A program made the position numbers and the translations under genes. DNA of 64,000 nt from Octopus sinensis. Taxonomy: Eukaryota. Location of the stretch: NCBI RefSeq assembly GCF_006345805.1, contig NC_042997.1, positions 174,530,001 through 174,594,000 on the forward strand. The letters run 5' to 3'. Below are positions 42,646 to 55,605 of this stretch, one piece after another; positions within the stretch are counted from its first letter, which is position 1; the number at the start of each line of letters is the position of its first letter. A model generated the notes under the pieces. The model saw only the letters and a list, made by a program, of their open reading frames with translations, did not search any database and was not told the origin of the DNA.

Positions 42646-42904
42646 TTGCTATTAACTTTTTCAATATTGAGGCAGCGAGCAGACTGAGTCATTACCGCGC
42701 TGGGCAAAATGTTTAGCGACATTTCGTTCGTCTTTCCATCCTGAGTTCAAATTCTTCCGTGATCTACTATACCTTTAGCCTTTCCGGGTCGATGAATTAA
42801 GTACCAATTAAGCACTACCCACTTTTCCCCCAAAATTTCAGGTTTGCTGCCTATACTAAAAAGGAATTATTGTTTTTATACCGTTGTTATCACCTTATTT
42901 TTAC

Positions 42905-43293
42905 CATTTCAGAAAAGATATAATGATTTACAGTCTTTTAATGAGCAGAATTCTGTCAAACTTTCTTTATATAAGTATCTTTGATTAATCATCGCATCGT
43001 ACCTCTATTAATTCTTCTTGAATTTCTTCTCCGGCTGAATCATCATCATAATTAATTGGTTACATAATCTTGAGCTTTAGTTCAAACGAAGATAAATCAG
43101 AGAATCTTTTGTTCGTGTCAGTTTTTACCAAAAAGCATGTATCCAGAATATGTCTAAAGATCCATTTTGTTAAGTGAAGAGCGAATTTCTGCCAGCTCAG
43201 GCATGCTGTGAAATATTTTTTTAAAAATAAATATTCTTGAAAATTTTCCAATTTTTCAGTAAATGCTTTCAATACTATTTTACAATCAATCAA
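42905..43293 (-). pseudogene. hAT transposase remnant (Charlie/Spin, GTF2IRD2-like C-terminal region)
   Basis: LKAFTEKL, KRFSDLSSFELKLKIM*P, SAGEEIQEELIEVRCDD and LTEFCSL resemble RFxDF..PF..LQxELIELQCD..L.EFY. Confidence 0.6.
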
Positions 43294-43567
43294 TGTATTA
43301 AATTTTCATTGATGTTACACTTCATTAAGCTTTCGAAATATCTAAGCTGACTTCCTCCATTTCTCTCTCTCTCACTCTTGTTCTCTCTCTTTCTACGCAC
43401 ACGCACACACACACATGTTTGAGAGTGTGTATGTGTATATCTTTTATGTATTTTCTTGCACTTCTAGCTTATCTCCGCCTCCTTTACTTTGTAGAAACTT
43501 AACTAAAGTATCTAAAAAGTATTTCAATGTTCTCAAACAATTTTCTTTTGAGGTCCACCTGACGTAC

Positions 43568-43957
43568 TCTCTCTTTTACTCTTTTACTTGTTTCAGTCAT
43601 TTGACTGCGGCCATGCTGGAGCACCGCCTTTAGTCGAGCAAATCGACCCCAGGACTTATTCTTTGTAAGCCTAGTACTTATTCTATCGGTCTCTTTTGCC
43701 GAAACGCTAAGTTACGGGGATGTAAATACACCAGCATCGGTTGTCACGCGATGTTGGGGGGACAAACACAGACACTCAAACACACACACACACACACATA
43801 TATATACATATACATATATACGGCGGGCTTGTTTCAGTTTCCGTCTACCAAATCCACTCACAAGGCTTTGGTCGGCCCGACACTTACCCAAGGTGCCACG
43901 CAGTAGGACTGAACCCGGAACTATGTGGTTGGTAAGCAAGCTACTTACCACACAGCT
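43568..43957 (-). mobile_element. SINE family B (small internal deletion)
   Basis: Reverse complement of the family B modules. Confidence 0.88.
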
Positions 43958-44408
43958 AATCCTTCGACGTGTGTATTTAGAAAAAATGTTTTACATACCA
44001 TTCATTTTGATTCTATTTGGTTTTATTGATAGATTTCATAGCACTACTAAGTGAATAACATAGAATTGGATAACTGTCTTTTAGTACAGTATCGTGTCCC
44101 TGACAAATTCAATGTATTTCAATGATTCCAAGATATATCTTATGTGGGTGACGAGGCCTTTATTCATTCTGACCACCTATGTAGCACCATCAATTGCAAC
44201 CGATACCAAATTTTTTGAAGCATCTGTTTTTCCATAAACTTAGAAGATTAAAGAATTAAAATAAATCACCGTTAGTGTTAACATCTAAATATTTAAGAAA
44301 TGGCATAACTTATTTCAATTTACAGTCACCCTTACATTAACTTACGTAGTCCATGAGAACATAAAACATTTTATCACTTCAAAGTGAGAATAAGCATTTG
44401 AAATCGAA

Positions 44409-44474
<66 letters not shown>

Positions 44475-44568
44475 CATTATTATTATTATTATTTATTAAA
44501 TAGAAACAATAAAATGAAAACCACTCCTGAGTGGCTTTTTTTGGTGACTACCAAATTCATGTCCAGAT

Positions 44569-44879
44569 TTAATATTCACAAGGTGGTTGTTGAAATGTTA
44601 TATGTTGCCTGGTATGAATAGGCACACTTCTCATCAACATTTGCTTTATATCTACCAAGTGACTACTACTGCTGTTGCTGTTGCGGTTGCTGCCTCTGGT
44701 TCTGCCGCTACTCCTACTACTTCTGTAGTTACTGAAAATACTACCAGTCCCACCTCCTTTTACAGTTTGTATCGCCCCTTCTCCCAGATGTTTCAGTGTT
44801 GTGGTCAAGAACTGAGCGTATTCTTTGAAGCCATTAAATTCTGATCCTCTTAGACTGTACAATTGCATAAGTACCCCCA
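44569..44879 (-). CDS. Candidate terminal coding exon of an unidentified gene (about 102 aa, phase 1)
   Basis: Strong acceptor actctctcttcctttcttctctcag|. Open frame GVLMQLYSLRGSEFNGFKEYAQFLTTTLKHLGEGAIQTVKGGG...QQPPCEY*. AATAAA on the minus strand at 44492-97. No family recognised. Confidence 0.35.
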
Positions 44880-46292
44880 CTGAGAGAAGAAAGGAAGAGA
44901 GAGTACATACCACAATTATGAAAATACAGCCATCAACCAAAAACCAAATGAATTTACCTGTAAGGAACACCAGTTGTTAACAACTAGAATAAATGTCAGG
45001 AAAAACTTATATTTGAAACCCTAAGGCTTCTCTTTCTCTCTGTATATACATATTACACCACTTAAATTTAGTGGATATTTAAGCAATACGTTCGATAGTC
45101 GATAGGTTAGATGTGGAATTGATGAAAGTGCAATAACTCTTGAAATATGCATATACACCTATTACCTTTTTCCCATTTTTGATATTATTGTTTATATAGA
45201 CCTGTTCGTATACGAACCGTCGTAACTTCCGGGGATAGCTTTGAATTCAAATTAAAATCTATAGAGATAAACTTAAAAGTGAAAATATCACACATCTAGC
45301 ACAAAAGTAAGACACAGTATCGACTTCAAACCATCAATATACTTGATAGTATATTATGGTTGAAAAACGAAGTACTGTATCCTGCTAGCAATTAATGATA
45401 TAAGAAAGCTATTGCTTATATAACATTTCTCTTACTTCAGGAGAGTTTTCTTTCCCTCCCAACAGTGTAAGCGAAATCGCTTCCTCTAAAAAATCCTGCT
45501 TTATAGAGATAGCTGTCACTGTTGTATATTTTATAGTAACAATAATAATATCGTTGGAAGCGATGGGTTATTTCTATGAAACAGAGTGTATCAGTTATTT
45601 TGAATATCAATGAACTAGTCATATTTAACAGCTTTTTACAATATTTCTATAGAATTATCCTCAACACCTGGATTTTGTTTCATCCAGTTATTTGACAGGA
45701 TCCTTTTGTGTTAGTTTATTGTGATGGGTTGTATGTTCGAGGTATTAAGTTTAACTATGGAAGAAATACGATAATTTAGCACTGAATGTTAAGGAAGAAT
45801 TATTTGGAAAAGTAGTATACGTTATGTTATTCACAGTATTTATCCAATCACGCTGACAATAATATCATTTATAAGTATAGTTCATTGTTGTATTTGTTTT
45901 AGTGTGGAACACATGAAGCTGCTTTTTGCTAGTAAGAAAACAGTTAAGGAATTTGAGGATTACTGGAACAAGCATCTGAGCTTCTTTATATCTCATTTAA
46001 CTAAACTCAGTTATCATATAGGTTATTAAAGGTTAATGCGCCGGGTATTATTTACTTCTATCAGATTTGGTAGCAGATCAACCAGTGTTTTGTTAAGAAT
46101 GGAGATTCACGTTATGGTAGTAGTATTTTTATGGTTGCGTGGTAAGACGGTTGCTTCACAACCACATCGTTCCAGGTTCAGTCCCATTTCGTGACACCTT
46201 GGACAAGTGTCCTCCACTATAACCTGGGGCCGACCAATACCTTGTAAGTGGATTTGGTAGACGGAAGCAAGAAGCCCGTCGTATATATACAC

Positions 46293-46323
<31 letters not shown>

Positions 46324-46349
46324 ATATATATAATATATATATATATAAT

Positions 46350-46447
<98 letters not shown>

Positions 46448-46657
46448 CATGTGTGTATGTATGTATAGCAAAAGAGGAAGTTGTGTTTCAACGCAGGGAA
46501 AAAATATAGGAAAAATGTGTTGTTGAAAATGCATTTAAATTTCAAAGCTCGTAAATGTTTAAAATACATTTATTTACATATATACCAAACTAGTTTCAAC
46601 AATATTTTTTTGTTTATCAATGGTAAAAGTGTAAAATTAGAAAAACATCGTTATAAG

Positions 46658-46749
46658 TTTCAATGTTGACACATCAAAATGTTTCAATGTTGACAAACTG
46701 AAATTTTCAATGTTGATAAATTAAAATGTTTCAATGGTGATAAATTATC
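46658..46749. repeat. Minisatellite, 4 x 23-24 bp
   Basis: tttcaatg(t/g)tga core at 46658, 46682, 46705 and 46729. Confidence 0.85.
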
Positions 46750-47313
46750 ATTCATATTCAACTGTTGCTAATATATTCTTAGGATAACGGTCAAAGGGTG
46801 TATCGAGTTTAGATTTTATAGTTGAATAAATGAACGCATTTATACTCAAATATACCTGCTACAAAATATACATGATTTTCTCAAGATGAAAGTTAATGAG
46901 AAAATAGAAAATAAAATGATAAAATGATTGTATGTACACTACCGTCAGAAATTAATTAGCACCCTTGATTTGCTCTTCACTCAAGGTATGTGCTGTCACC
47001 TAGTGGCCATATCTCGAACTATTGCTTTGTTGCGAGTTCACTGTTGCGCAGAACGATGACGGAACTTTGTTTGCAGAGCGGTTTGAGAGTCTATAGCCTA
47101 ATGATGTTGACATAGCAGTGCAACAACAACTTGGAGTGCGGATGCAGACAAATCTTCCTTTGTTTAATAGATATAGGTAGCGCCTCGCAAGGACCGAAAT
47201 CACACCGTACTAAGTTTTCTCATCACGTAAGAAGTTTTGAACAGCTCGTAGGTTAATTGATTTGTGTATTTGCAAGATTTTTTTTCCTCACAAATTCTCC
47301 TACACTCTGCTTC

Positions 47314-47329
47314 GTGACGTCACTTCCGG
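47314..47329. promoter_or_regulatory. Overlapping ETS/CRE composite motif in the Tc1 5' region
   Basis: gtgacgtcacttccgg; reverse complement CCGGAAGTGACGTCAC. Lies about 160 bp upstream of the transposase ATG. Confidence 0.6.
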
Positions 47330-47361
47330 TTCACAAAACTTTCTGTTATACATCAAATAAG

Positions 47362-47488
47362 GTGAGAAATTCTGCTTTCTTTCATTTTTGTTTAATGAAT
47401 AATAACTCATAGCAGTTTTGTTATAGCATAACATTATTCAAATGAATAGTTTTAATGAAAATAACTCGTTTTTATCGTTCATTCCTAG
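47362..47488 (+). other. Probable 127-bp spliceosomal intron in the transposase 5'UTR
   Basis: AAG|GTGAGA donor, AT-rich body, and tttttatcgttcattcctag|ATG acceptor directly abutting the start codon. Confidence 0.6.
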
Positions 47489-48474
47489 ATGGGCCCAAGA
47501 CCTCGCATGACGGTACGAGGCTCTGTCGTGGCGTGGGAAGCTGTCGGAGGCTGCAATAGCCAGAAAACTTAGTGTAGCCAGGCGCACAATTCAGTGCTTA
47601 TTTAAGAAATACGAGGAAACCGGATCAGCAGCTGACAAAAAGGGTAGGGGGCGGAAGAGGCTGACGACCCAGCGGGAGGACCGAATGCTGATCCGAAAGT
47701 CACTGAACAACCGAAGGGCAACAAGCCGGCAACTGGCGGAGGAGATGCAAAAGGTGACAGGGAAGCAGTTGTCTACAACCACCGTCAAGACCAGATTACT
47801 GGAAGGTGGTCTAAAATCCTGTAGGGCCGCCCGTAAGCCGCTCCTTACAGCCCAAAACCGGAAGAGGCGGCTGCTCTGGGCCTGTGCCCACAAGACATGG
47901 ACCGTGCAGCAGTGGCGGACAGTGATGTTCACTGACGAGTCACGATTCAGTCTCGTCAGTGACAAGCCTGTCCATGTGCGACGCCGCAGGGGTGAGCACT
48001 TCAACAAAGACTACATTGCTCCCACCATGAAGCATGGTGGGGGTGGTCTGATGGTATGGGGGTGTTCAGCTACAGTGGTGTTGGGCGGCTCTATGCTGTC
48101 GAAGGCAACATCAACGCCACAAAGTACGTTGAGATAGTACGGAATGCTGCCCTACCCTCTGCGGGATACCTCTTTGGTGGCGAGGAGTACGTGCTCCAGC
48201 AGGAAAACGCGCCCCCACACACAGCCAAGCTCACAACCGGTTTCTTCAAGGACCATGGGGTGACGGTCATGATCTGAACCCTATTGAGAACCTCTGGAGT
48301 TGATTGGGTAGGGATTTGAATGTGCAGCAATACAGGAACCGACACGAGCTGTTTGGGGCACTTCTTGCTGCATGGAGGGCCATCCCTGCACAGTACCTGC
48401 AGGCACTCATAGACAGCATGCTGGCCCGCGTAGCAGCTGTCATTGCTGCCAAAGGAGGAGCAACAAGATATTGA
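47489..48474 (+). pseudogene. Tc1 DD34E-type transposase pseudogene
   Basis: MGPR...LSEAAIARKLSVARRTIQ (HTH), GRGRKR, RAARKPLL, WRTVMFTDESRF, KHGGGGLMVWGC, QQENAPPHTA, LNPIENLW, AAKGGATRY*. Lesions: frameshifts near 47540 and 48064, loss of the WPxxSPD motif with frameshift near 48273, an in-frame TGA after NLWS, and the second catalytic D read as E. Confidence 0.95.
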
Positions 48475-49488
48475 CTAAATTTCACGATTAATAACAATTA
48501 TGTGGTATGCTGGGATATGTTTTAATAAATTTTTGATTAAAAACGAGTTCGTTTCTGATAATAAGTTAATTAAATTAAGAAAATGTAAGAAAATGTAGAA
48601 ATTTGAGAAGTGCTAATTAATTTCTGACGCAAGTGTATATATGTGCTTCGCTGTTAAGCTTAGAGGAAAAAGTGGGAAGTGATGTAGTGAAGATGCAGGA
48701 ATTGGAAGGCATACAATTGAAGTTGAATTCGAAATTTAAAATAAAGCATTTACATGTAAGTCAGATAAGTACGTTCGTGTGTTTTAATAAGGACTGTACG
48801 AAAAATATTATCTAATTAAATGTTGACGTGTGGTTCTATAAAATTCGATAGGTACTGAAAAAAGAAGACAGGGAAACGTTTAATTATTATTTTGAAGGTG
48901 AAATAATTCGTGAGTTTTTAAAAGGAATCAGAAATATGACACGGGAAATAGCATTAAAGCTATGAAAAAGATTTCAGAAGCTGAAGCGAAGTAAGATAAC
49001 TAGATTAAATCAAATTAACTTTAATTAATTAAATAAATAAGTGGAACTTAAATACTAATGCGGTATTAAAAGGAACAATTAACAGAATAAATAAAACAAT
49101 ATTAAAACCCTTAGATCTAAAAGAGAATTATGCTATATAGATTAATTTAGATTAAGTCTAATAAATTAAATAAACGAAAAATGCTTACTATATTAAAATA
49201 AGAGTAAGAACAGAGATAGCGAAGATTTAGAAAATTTAAGAGATTAAAGTATAGAAGGAGAAAATTTTGATGTAAAGCATCACGTAATAAATTAAGCTAT
49301 TAGTAAATGGGTTCTAACACATATCTAGATAAGTGTAAGTGAAATGAAATATAGATATCGACTAGTTAATTGAATAGATATTTAACCAATTGACTAATAA
49401 TGAAGAAGTGGAATTAAACATGTGTGTTTTATTATAATTAGTGTAGTGTCTCTCCCAAAACACCACAAAATTTCTTTCAATACTCGAA

Positions 49489-50309
49489 TTCACATCAAGA
49501 ATCTTACAAACCAAATAAAAAACAAAATATAAATAACTATAAGAATGAAAATATAAAACAAATAAAAATTAAGATACACAGCCTAAAGGTGGAATTGTAT
49601 AGCTATTGCATTCAGGCTAATTTCAGTTTTTAAATATGGACAAAGTGTAGTATAAAAGTAGGAAAATCAAACTTTATACGGTGAAAATATACGACTGAAG
49701 GAAAATGTACAAAAATATTATATAAGTGTATTTTTATTAAATTATTACAAAAGTTAAATATAGCTCATGTAAAAATATTTAAAATAAGAGTAACAATTTT
49801 AGGATCTGAAAAGGATCCAATACCAAAATATGAAAATTTAGAAGACAGTGCATGATAAGTATAAGTATGTAACCGGTTACCTATATGTTAATATTCTGGG
49901 TTTGTAGAGGATGCAGGTATTTGGAAACGTATGAGCACAAAATGAAATTTTTTCATTATACGAAGGATGTATCATTTAGGAAGTAGATAGATAAACTCTC
50001 CATAAAGCTTAAATTGTACGATCAGTCCTTCCCGATATTTCTACTTAGTTATAGCGATATGCCAATATCTCTAATTAGTTCTTGATGCGTTACTCTCTTT
50101 TTCTCTTTTACTCTTTTACTTGTTTCAGTCATTTGACTGCGGCCATGCTGGAGCACCGCCTTTAGTCGAGCAAATCGACCCCCGGACTTATTCTTTGTAA
50201 GTCCAGTACTTATTCTATCGGTCTCTTTTGTCGAACATAAGTGACGGGGACGTAAACACACCAGCATCGGTTGTCAAGTAATGCTAGGGGGACAAACACA
50301 GACACACAA

Positions 50310-50340
<31 letters not shown>

Positions 50341-51257
50341 CATATATACGACAGGCTTCTTTCAGTTTCCGTCTACCAAATCTACTCACAAGGCATTGGT
50401 CGGCCCGGGGCTATAGCAGAAGACACTTGCCCAAGATGCCACGCAGTGGGACTGAACCCGGAACCATGTGGTTGGTTAGCAAGCTACTTACCACACAGTC
50501 ACTCCTGCGCCTATAGCCACTCCTGCGCCTATTATTATTGTTATTATTCTTTCCCTTTAATTCTTAAAAGCAATTTCGGTAACGGTTATTAGAATGTGAT
50601 TATTAGAAGGAATTTAAAAACGGTCAGAGTTAATCATATATATGTGAATAATTAAATATTTGTGACAACATTGGCTCGGTGAAATATTTCGCTCTCTTAT
50701 ACATGTAGATTCTAAAGTGCGAGTATTTTCGTTTATAGACTGAGGTCTGCTTCAACTTGCCATACTTTAAAAAAGTACAACCTTCCAAGCAGTTTCAGCT
50801 TCCAACATATTCTTCTCACTCCCACCAAGTGAATGGAAAAAAGCTATTTAAAAATCAACACTTTCATCACATTGAATTAAATTTTCCTCCCTGTTCATAT
50901 TTACATTTTGATCATATTTACATTTCCGTAGAGACAGACCTGAAGAGTGACTTAATATCATTTGTACCACACAATTACTACTCGGTGTTCCTCATCAGTA
51001 GTGTCTTATCCTTGAAATCTTTAAGACAAACAATGTAGTTGCATATAAGCAAAGCCTTCGAACGTATCTTAAAATCTCTCAGATTGTCCGCATACAGACT
51101 TCACATCAAGAATCTTACAAACCAAATGCAAAAACAGAATATAAATAACTATAAGAATGAAAATATAAAACAAATAGAAATTAAAATACACAGCCTAAAG
51201 GTGGAATTGTATAGCTATTGCATTCAGGCTAATTTCAGTTTTTAAATATGGTCAAAG
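49489..51257 (+). repeat. Direct repeat pair of ~157 bp (49489-49645 and 51100-51257)
   Basis: ttcacatcaagaatcttacaaacc...tttttaaatatgg(a/t)caaag occurs twice with few differences. Confidence 0.95.
50092..50514 (-). mobile_element. SINE family B, complete, 5' end duplicated
   Basis: Full head to tail; cactcctgcgcctat at 50500-14 and again at 50518-32. Confidence 0.9.
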
Positions 51258-51470
51258 CATACGGACTTCGTCTGTTTCTCACATCGCAGCTCTGCAATGT
51301 GTGCCAACAGGTTTTCCATACTTATACTCTACTAACATTGGTGTACTTCAAAGTTCTGTACCCTCTTTCTTCCGTACACTAGTTACATACTTCCTGCCAC
51401 ATCAAATAATCACATCCTTGCCGATGATGATGATGATTTCATTCCTTCTCACCCTTCAGTCATCAGGCAT
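50755..51470 (+). pseudogene. L2/Jockey-like reverse transcriptase remnant, interrupted
   Basis: FRRDRPEE*L (GFRxxRST-like), ISKAFERI..SL.LSAYRLH (DISKAFDRV), NIGVLQSSV (GVPQGSVL) and TSNNHILADD (YADD) in correct order. Confidence 0.75.
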
Positions 51471-52249
51471 CATCCATAAAACCGAAATACCTTACGCAAG
51501 ATAGTCATTGATTTCATGAAAAATTACCTGTAATTAGCACACAGCACTGTCTCTCAACAGATCAAAGATTGAATTGCAAGGGAACAGTTTAGTTATTCTC
51601 CTCCTTTGACTAGGAATAACACATAATTATTCCCAGCCACCACGAATTCTAACGCAGCATTGGTAACTCATGATACCTTACTGTAATGCTAGTATTTCAT
51701 CCCATTTTGGAGCCAGAAAATAATTCAACCTTTCTCTATTCCTCACTCTCCATATAGCTTAAATATATCCCAGATGAGTGCACTGCATATAAATATAGGG
51801 CAGCCATACAACTGCTTCTTATACAAACATGCTATACAGCATTCAAAAGAGGGCCTTTCGACAATTAACAAGGGTTAACTTCCCAGTCCCATTCAATTAC
51901 TCGTTTATAGACATTGTTTTTTCTTGAACTGCAACCATATCGATGACAACTATTACACCCCACAAACATTTATTTAAATGTAGGGCCGCCTCACTGAGTA
52001 AATATAAAATTTTCATTTATTATTCTTTAAATTTCATTTTGCAATGTCAATAAGAGACTGCGATTGAGAGGTGCTAATCGTTATCAACTAACCAAAAGCA
52101 GAGTAGATATACATTACAATACATTTGTGTTATATATACATTTGGGAAGATAATAGACGCCACACTGTCTCATTCTACCACTATCAATCTTTGTCTGTTG
52201 GAAATCGTTAGTGTGAAGTTTCAAACTGCGTTTCGTTAGTGTCTCCGCA

Positions 52250-52318
52250 CATATACATGTATATATCTATGAATGTACTTGTATGTAAGCATATATATAT
52301 ATATATATTATATATATA

Positions 52319-52410
<92 letters not shown>

Positions 52411-52429
52411 ATATATGTACATGTATGTA

Positions 52430-52509
<80 letters not shown>

Positions 52510-52571
52510 CTTCACGTACATTTATGTATATATATATATACATATATATGTTATATATGTATATATATATA

Positions 52572-52608
<37 letters not shown>

Positions 52609-52644
52609 TATATAAATATACATGTATATATGTATGTATGTACG

Positions 52645-52675
<31 letters not shown>

Positions 52676-52855
52676 TTGACTAGAGTCGAACATTTTGGTA
52701 ACGTGCATTGGTTCTAAGCATAACATGAATTACATAAATACATACATACACACTCACATACTTATACATACATGTAAGTATACTTATATGAGAATGAATA
52801 AATATAATGCATGTACTTATATATGTATATATGAAAATATGTGTGCGTGTATATG

Positions 52856-52888
<33 letters not shown>

Positions 52889-53416
52889 ATATGTAAGTGC
52901 ATGCACACATATGTCCATATATATCTATACATAAGTTTCTATACCTACGACTACATACGTAAGGATATTATATACGTATAACTGTGCTTATGTATGAATA
53001 TAAGCGCAAGCATACTTGCATACGTATGTAAAATACATGGGTACAAGCATGTCCATACATATATTCATAGATACATACTTATATGCATGCATGGATAGAT
53101 GCATAATAGTCTATGTAAAGAGAGCGGGAAATGATTTAGTTGAGTGTAATATTAAACAGAATTATAGTTTGCCGTTAAATACAATATAGAAAGTAGTATA
53201 TTTAAAGACATTTATCATTATAATAATGATATCAGATGCAAAAAGAGTAGTTATATGTAAAGACATTCATACATTCATATACATGTGTGTGCGTGTGAAT
53301 ATATATATAGGTATGTGTGAAGACATACGCATATACACGTACACATACACACGCACACACACATATATATATATAAATGTATATATATATATATGTATCA
53401 AAGAATAAAAGAATAC

Positions 53417-53455
<39 letters not shown>

Positions 53456-53631
53456 TATACAAATATACATATTTGTACGCACACAATTATACATATGTAT
53501 ACATAGATATGTGTGTTTGTGTACGCATGCATGCGTGTATGTATGTTTATATGAATACGCGGAAATGTGTTTGAAATACTCATTTATATACATACATACA
53601 TACATACATACCGACACACATTCATACATAC

Positions 53632-53682
<51 letters not shown>

Positions 53683-53889
53683 ATATATATATATACATGC
53701 ATATATATATATATAAATATATTTATATACGTACATGTGTGTGTGAATGTATGTGTGTATATATATATATATATCCATACATGTACATATATATAAACAT
53801 ATATATAATATATATATATATATTATATATATATATAATATATATATATACATATATATTTACATATAATATATATATATTATATATAT

Positions 53890-53937
<48 letters not shown>

Positions 53938-54425
53938 CATAAAGTTGAAGCCGGAAAAAGGGACAGATTAATAACAAAAGAGACAAAGAGACAACAAGGA
54001 GAGTGAGAAGGGGAGAGAATCAGACATATACGAGTATGTTAGTGGGTGGAGAGAAAGACATAAATATAAAGAGAACAAATTAACGAACCACTTAGTGGAT
54101 TAAAAAGTTTGGTTCCAATTCATCGTCGTCTTAAGCTAAATCAAATAAATCTATCAGCCGCAACTGAAATAAAGACAATAGAGTGTTATGGATTGTTCTA
54201 GATCACTCTTATTGTATTATTGCCATTTCAGTTAGTTTTCAAGTTTTCACACGCATACACACGTTAACAGACACATACATACACATACACACATAAAAGA
54301 TAATGAGAGAGGAGAATACACTTACATATACACTCGCATATGCATGAACGTTGATATATATATATACACACACACCACATATATATGTGTGTGTGTACAT
54401 ATATGATTATATATATAATATATAT

Positions 54426-54469
<44 letters not shown>

Positions 54470-55040
54470 TATGTATATATATACCTAAGAATATAAAATA
54501 TTTATATTATATGCATGTATATATATATATATGTATTATATATATATATTAAATATATATATATATACACGCACACAAATATGTATAAACTACAAATTTG
54601 TATGGGTAGTAATATATGTGTGTGGTATGTGTGTGGTATGTAAAATTTCATATATATGTATATGTATTGTATGTGTAAATATATTATGTTTGTTAACACA
54701 TTATTTATACTTATATATGTATATATGCATGTATATATATGCCTATATATATATATATGTATATATGAGTATGTATTTACATAAATGACTGTGTGCTTGT
54801 GGACATATTGATTTGTGAGTGGGTATAAGTCGATATGAAATTGCAATAACAATCACGGTAATTACTTAGCTATATTTTCCATCATTCCGACATCTATGCA
54901 AAATTGTATATAATGAGAGACGCACTCAAAAACAATCACATGTATTTAGATACACCGAAACACATATTCACACACTTACACACAAACACACACATATATA
55001 TTATGTTAGTGTGTGTGTATTTAAATCTTTGTATATCTGA

Positions 55041-55093
<53 letters not shown>

Positions 55094-55135
55094 GTATACA
55101 CACATATATGTATGTATATATATATATATATATGT
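52250..55135. repeat. Large (TA)n/(TG)n/(TACA)n microsatellite field
   Basis: Directly visible; source of many IY/CV pseudo-ORFs. Confidence 0.95.
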
Positions 55136-55605
55136 TGAATTGTGTCAGATGTATCAGGGAGAAGTACTCAATACAATTTGTATAATACAAGATTCATTTA
55201 AATTGAATATTCATGTCGCGATTCGACTTTCACACCAGAACGATCTTGAGGCTAGAACTTTTACATGTGGGTTCCGTGATTAAAATACATTTGTTTGAAA
55301 TGGCAATATTAACAAACACAAGTACTCGCACCCACACCACGGAATGGACATAATTTACCAAACTGATTTATGAAAGTTCTTACTTGAAGATCAAAGTGGT
55401 TTGAAGTTCGCGATGGAAAATAAATATTGTTTCCATGAACAATACTTCACCACACCCACAAAAAATTTTACCGTGGTAAAACCAGGATTTTCTACACTCT
55501 TTGTATTAGCTTGGAATCTGACAGTGTATTGATAGCCCAGAATTCGGGCTGAGCGCTTCTCTGGAAATAACCTACCTTTATACCAAGACACACATATATA
55601 TATAT

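Larger units (their letters stand above)
46937..48635 (+). mobile_element. Tc1-family DNA transposon, near full length (1699 bp), degenerate
   Basis: Left end cactaccgtcagaaattaattagcac matches the reverse complement of the right end (cacttgcgtcagaaattaattagcac) at 24/26. TA at 46935-36 and 48636-37. Internal transposase remnant. Confidence 0.97.

Noticed and set aside
46658-46749. CRISPR-like repeat/spacer look
   Set aside because: The 12-bp core and 11-12-bp related spacers are far too short, there are no cas genes, and the context is eukaryotic.
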